Positions 27,601-31,878 of a DNA stretch of 31,878 nucleotides are shown here, piece by piece. The stretch is from Armatimonadota bacterium. GTDB taxonomy: Bacteria > Armatimonadota > UBA10988. Numbering within the stretch: the first letter of the stretch is position 1; each line of letters starts with the position of its first letter. Location: the NCBI GenBank assembly GCA_016235455.1, contig JACRKZ010000163.1, positions 1-31,878 of the forward strand, read 5' to 3'. Position numbers and translations under genes: made by a program. The notes under the pieces are model-generated. The model was given only the letters and a program-made list of their open reading frames with translations, had not been told where the DNA came from and did not search any database.

Positions 27601-28374
27601 TTACCCGCTCGCCGCCACCCGGCCAACCAGCACGTGCCCGCACGGCACGAAGCCGGCCTTCTGCAGCGTGCGCTGCGAGGCCAGGTTGTCCACGTTGCAG
27701 CGCGCGGCCGGGATGTGGCCGGCCTGGTAGCACCAGCGCTTGAGTTCCTGCACCAGGAATGAGCCGACGCCGCGGCGTCGGAAGCCTTCGTTGACCGCCA
27801 TGTAGATGTCGCCGTAGGGCCGGTTGTAGTGGAACAGCACGCCGCCCGTGCCGGCCACCTGGTCGTCGATCTCAACCACGCCACGCCAGCGCAGTTGCTC
27901 GGGCGTGGCCTCGGGCTCCTCCTCGGCGGTCGCCTGCCGCATGGTGGCGCCAGCCACACTCAGCGCGGTGACGAAGCGGTCGTGGAAGAGTATCGCCTCG
28001 CTGGCCACCTCGACGCAATGACGATGCAGCAGGATGGCCGCGAGCGTGTCGTTGCTCTGCACCTCGACCTTCACCGCCGCACTGACCCGCAGGAACGCGG
28101 CATACAGGTCAAGCAGACGCTGCCGATGGGGCGGCGCAACGTAGATCTCGATCACCGTGGGCTCCCCCTGCCACGGGCCCGCCGACGCCACCGAGCCGTA
28201 GCCAACCGGCGCGCCGTCGAGGGTGAGCAGGTACTCCTGCGTCCAGCCGGGCCTGCCCGGCACGGAATCCTTGGTGACCTGACAGGCCATCTCCAGCCGG
28301 TGCATGTCGCGCCAGAGGCGCACCTCGTCCAAGCTGACCGGCGCCACGCCGATCGCGCCGTGCTCTGCCGCCAT
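27601..28374 (-). CDS. GNAT-family N-acetyltransferase
   Basis: RBS GGGAG; DIYMAVNEGFRRRGVGSFLV (acetyl-CoA motif A), ARCNVDNLASQRTLQKAGF. Confidence 0.9.
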   Translation of the reverse strand: MAAEHGAIGVAPVSLDEVRLWRDMHRLEMACQVTKDSVPGRPGWTQEYLLTLDGAPVGYGSVASAGPWQGEPTVIEIYVAPPHRQRLLDLYAAFLRVSAAVKVEVQSNDTLAAILLHRHCVEVASEAILFHDRFVTALSVAGATMRQATAEEEPEATPEQLRWRGVVEIDDQVAGTGGVLFHYNRPYGDIYMAVNEGFRRRGVGSFLVQELKRWCYQAGHIPAARCNVDNLASQRTLQKAGFVPCGHVLVGRVAASG

Positions 28375-28500
28375 GGGCTGCTCCCTGTGTCGTGAGTATT
28401 GTGCTACTGCCGCGAGGCCACGTCATTGATGGCGGTTCGACTGGGACGCGACGGCCGGCGCGTCCCACGGACGGGGCCGTGTGGCTCCGTCGCCGCGGCG

Positions 28501-29711
28501 TCAGTCCACCCGCACCTGGCCCAGCGGGTACCAGCCCGCCGCATCGCGACCGGCCACGCCCAACCGTATCGCCGGCTCGTCGCGCCACGGGTCGAGGATG
28601 CTCAGCGCCAGGTCGAACTCGCCGCTTGGCAGGTCAGGCGGCAGCGCCAGAGCCTGGTTGACGAAGAAGTCGCCCGGCAGCCACTCGCGCGGGTCGGCGG
28701 CCAGGGGCAGGAGCCAGCGGTCGGCGCCGCGCACCAGGCTCAGCGCCGGCCGGAACGCGCGGTAGGCCGGTGCCACGCCACGGTTCTCCCACCAGCTCTC
28801 GAACCGGAACTCGCCGCCGCGCGTCACGGTCGGGTCGAAGGCCAGCTTCCGCGGCACGAAGCGGTAGCCCATGTGGTTGAGCCAGCGCTCCACCTGCGGC
28901 CACCACGCGTCCGGTACGGCCGAGGACTTGGCGTTGAAGCTCGAGATGTGCCATTTCAGCGACTGCTCGATGATGTAGTCGATGTCCCAGCCGAGGTCGT
29001 GCCAGTGCCGCATGACCCAGCAGACCTCGAGGCTAACCGGCGCCTTGCGCCAGGCGTCGGTGAAGCCACAGGCCTCGATCTGCTGCGGGTAGAGGTCGTA
29101 CATGTGGCACCAGTTGGCGTTGAACCCACCGAGATCGCCAAGGCAGTCGGCGCGCCAGCCCAGATCGCGCCGGGCCAGGCCGTAGCGGTTGGTGGCGGGA
29201 TCGGTCAGCATCATCAACAGCGGCGTCCGCGGAAAGGCGTCGAGGTAGGCATCGACCAGCGCACGCCGTGTCGGCTCGGTCAGCTCGGCGGACCCGGCGC
29301 CTTCGCCCCAGGCCCCAACAATCGCCAGGTCGACGCTCTCCAGGCGCGGGTCGCCGTCGTAGCGCCCTGATCGGCCGCGGTGCCATACGGCGCCACACGG
29401 AGCAGCAACGTCTGACCGCGCTCGGCGGCAGTGGCCAGGGCGCGGTCCAGCAGCTCAAAGCGGATCTCGCCGTCCGTCGGCTCGAGGAAGCACCAGTAGA
29501 TGCGGTGGTAGGCCAGGCTGGTCATCGGCTGACCCGCGACCGCCAGGTTGCCGTCGAAGGGCTGGTACTCGATCGGGTAGCCTTCGGTCCATCCCGTGCC
29601 GTCGTTGAGCGCATCACCGGCAAAGCGCTGGAAGGTCATGAAGCCGATACCGGGATTGGTCAAGACGTCGGCGATCGGCTTGGGGCGGACGACGGTGGGT
29701 TCGGCGGGCAT
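28501..29711 (-). pseudogene. DUF4832-domain / clan GH-A-like (beta-galactosidase-like) hydrolase, frameshifted near 29366
   Basis: The 5' frame reads LTNPGIGF..YHRIYWCFLEP..FELLDRAL..LLLRVAPYGTAADQ. It then switches frame to GRYDGDPRLESVDLAIVGAWGEG...GWRADCLGD...WRKAPVSLE...MGYRF...WENRGVAPAY...WLPG. Confidence 0.8.
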
Positions 29712-29848
29712 GGCGGGGCTCCGTGCCGGCGGCTACGCCCTGCGCGGCGGGAGTCCTCCGTGCCGGTCGGGAAGACGGAGCCGCGCAGTCGCCTGTCAAC
29801 TCCGGGCAAGTGACCCGGGCCGCGGCCCCGATACGCCAGATCGGGCGG

Positions 29849-31876
29849 TCACCGTGTGGCGCCGTCGCCCTTGTCCACGCGGAATCCGTCGACCGCCAGG
29901 CTGGCGCCCCGACGCAGCACGGCGGTCAGCGTGTAGCGACGCGCTGGCAGGCCGCCCAGGCTGAAGGAGACCGCGGGCGCCTGGGCCGTGGCGTGGTAGT
30001 GGTTGGCGCGGCGGACGAGCGTGCTGTCGAGGAAGAAGTCGACCGTGCCGCCCGCCGGGTCCAACCGCGAAACGAAGTCCACGCCAGTGCCCTCGAAACT
30101 GACCTGGCAGAAGTCCTCGCGGCCAACGGTGGTGTGCAGGTCGCCGCTCAGTGCCCCGGGCGCGGTTGCGGCCTGCCACTTGCCCTGGTTGGGCAGGTAC
30201 ACCCTGAACATGTCGATCTCCATGTAGGTGCCGCTCTTCTTGACGCCACGCAGCCGGTGCGGGCCGGCAGGCAGACCGCGTAAGGCCAGTTTGAGGTTGC
30301 GCGCCCACATGCCCTGGGCCATGTCCACCGTGCCTTGGAAGACGTCGTCCAGGTAGAAGTCTATCTGCGCGCGGCCGCCGCCGCAGTTGGACAGGAACTC
30401 GACGCCCGTACCCTCGAAGGGCAACGTGAACGAGTCGCCATCGGCCGTGGCGTAGTGGATATCGGCCTCCAACTCGCCCATGTCGCGCCCGGTCTGATGG
30501 TGCCAACTGCCGCCCGTGTAAACGATGCTGGGATGCGTGTCGTTGAGCGTGACCAAGGTGCCGTAGACCACCGACGGCGCGTTGTCGTTGACCGCCTGGC
30601 CCACCTGAAAGGCGTCCAGCAGCAGGCGGCCGACACCGCGCAGCTCACCGCGTAGCGAGTGTGGGCCGTCGGCCAGGCCGACCCGCTTGTAGACGGTCTG
30701 GCGCGTGCCACCTGTCTTGGGCAGGTCGATGATGCGGTCGGCCGCGCCGTCGATCGACAGCGCCAGTCGGCCACCTTCGCGAGCCGCGCTGACGACGAGC
30801 GCCACCTCGGTGCCGTTGAAGGCCAGTGTGAAGCCCGCGCCGTCGGCGGCGCTGGTGTGTATGTCGTCCTGGTACTCGCCCATGCCGCGCGCCTGGCCAT
30901 AGGACCAGCCGCGCCCGCTGTAGCGCACCGACGCGCTGGTGTCGTTGACCAGGCCGCGGCCGCCTTGGCTGGCCACGCTCAGTTCGATGACGGTGTCCAG
31001 CGGATCCCAGGCGTCATCAGGCCCGAGCGTGACCTGCACCCCACGGCTGTCCTGGTGCAGCGGCAACGGCCGGCCCGTGGCCAGCAGATGCGCCGAGCCA
31101 AAGACCTTGCCGTCGGCGGGCGCCGGCAGCTCCAATGTCCTGGTCGCGGGCGGCTTGAGCACATGCAGGTACTCGCTGCGATCATCGGGTGACCGCGTGG
31201 CCACGCCCCAGGTCAGCGCAGCCATGGCCGTGCCGGTGGGCGTTGGGTAGGAGGTGCTGGCCAGCGTGCCTTTGATGGACCGCGCGATGGGCGCAATCAG
31301 CGCGCCGACGCGCTGCATGGCGGGCAGGACGCCGGTCTCCCAACCGCCGCCTGGGTACGGGCCCGCGGCCCAGAAGGTGCCGCCGCCATCGAGGCAGGTA
31401 CCGGCCTGCATCACCGTGAAGCGGAAGATGCCCTCCGGCGTGTAGGGCACGGCGTTCTGACCGCGTGGCACCTGCGCGCTCCACGTGCGAGACATGACGT
31501 GCGCAATGCCCTGGTAGGAGCCCACACCCCAGGTCAGCGGGTCGGCCGGTTGCTGGGAGGTGTACTCGGCCACGCCGAGATCACAGGCATACATGTTGCC
31601 GTAGAAGTTCTGCATCAACATGAGGTGCGGAGCGCGCGCCCGAATGGTGCGCTCCAGCCGCGGGAAGTCCTCGCGCTGGTCCATTTCGCCGGTGATGGTG
31701 TTTTCGTCGAGATACAGCCCGTCCAGCCGACTGCCGTAGCGCGTCGCCACCTCGCCATAGAGGTCGTTGAGGAAGTCGTTCCAGCGGTCGTTCGGCAGAC
31801 CGAACACCGGCTGCTCGGGATGTGTGGAGAAGACGACGCGCAGGCCCTTGGGCCGCACCGCATCGATCATGTCGCC
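29849..31876 (-). CDS. GH29-like glycoside hydrolase with three C-terminal galactose-binding-like beta-sandwich repeats (5'-truncated by window edge)
   Basis: DMIDAVRPKGLRV, RYGSRLDGLYLDE, WAAGPY, IKGT, YLHVLKPP and WDPLDTVIEL (GH29-like C-terminal domain), then repeats with the pattern ND..SVxY.G.W...DxH...F.GT...GPH.L...DxFxV. Confidence 0.7.
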   Translation of the reverse strand, partial: GDMIDAVRPKGLRVVFSTHPEQPVFGLPNDRWNDFLNDLYGEVATRYGSRLDGLYLDENTITGEMDQREDFPRLERTIRARAPHLMLMQNFYGNMYACDLGVAEYTSQQPADPLTWGVGSYQGIAHVMSRTWSAQVPRGQNAVPYTPEGIFRFTVMQAGTCLDGGGTFWAAGPYPGGGWETGVLPAMQRVGALIAPIARSIKGTLASTSYPTPTGTAMAALTWGVATRSPDDRSEYLHVLKPPATRTLELPAPADGKVFGSAHLLATGRPLPLHQDSRGVQVTLGPDDAWDPLDTVIELSVASQGGRGLVNDTSASVRYSGRGWSYGQARGMGEYQDDIHTSAADGAGFTLAFNGTEVALVVSAAREGGRLALSIDGAADRIIDLPKTGGTRQTVYKRVGLADGPHSLRGELRGVGRLLLDAFQVGQAVNDNAPSVVYGTLVTLNDTHPSIVYTGGSWHHQTGRDMGELEADIHYATADGDSFTLPFEGTGVEFLSNCGGGRAQIDFYLDDVFQGTVDMAQGMWARNLKLALRGLPAGPHRLRGVKKSGTYMEIDMFRVYLPNQGKWQAATAPGALSGDLHTTVGREDFCQVSFEGTGVDFVSRLDPAGGTVDFFLDSTLVRRANHYHATAQAPAVSFSLGGLPARRYTLTAVLRRGASLAVDGFRVDKGDGATR

Positions 31877-31878
31877 CA

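Noticed and set aside
28428-28492. GGTTCGACT resembling a tRNA T-loop, followed by two GC hairpins
   Set aside because: The flanks do not form a T-stem or cloverleaf. The hairpins (28442-28467, 28471-28492) are at most a terminator-like structure.
1-31878. CRISPR arrays, transposases, integrases, prophage or defence genes, rRNA/tRNA
   Set aside because: No regularly spaced repeats or diagnostic protein motifs seen; intergenic gaps are short and mostly accounted for.

Overview
High-GC bacterial chromosome segment (roughly 70% GC, by eye) with about 22 densely packed protein-coding genes. I found no rRNA, tRNA, CRISPR array or mobile element. It is dominated by secreted glycan-degrading enzymes: GH127/146-type, GH78, two divergent GH29-like barrels, a GH55/Pectate_lyase_3-type beta-helix, a DUF4886 SGNH hydrolase and a DUF4832/GH-A-like gene. 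It also holds a GntR-LacI hybrid regulator with a visible promoter and operator, two non-HemE UROD/MtaA-superfamily proteins, a gluconolactonase, a DUF6057 + TolB-like(CxxCH) pair, an orphan histidine kinase, an ankyrin lipoprotein, DinB and GNAT genes. A decayed prepilin-type/H-X9-DG gene and the gene content suggest Armatimonadota or a PVC-type organism (inference). Highlights: a repeat domain nested inside a copy of itself, a circularly permuted discoidin insert in the GH78, gene remnants collapsed by internal deletion, and UROD-like enzymes embedded in sugar-utilisation loci. All family calls come from motif recognition, not database searches.
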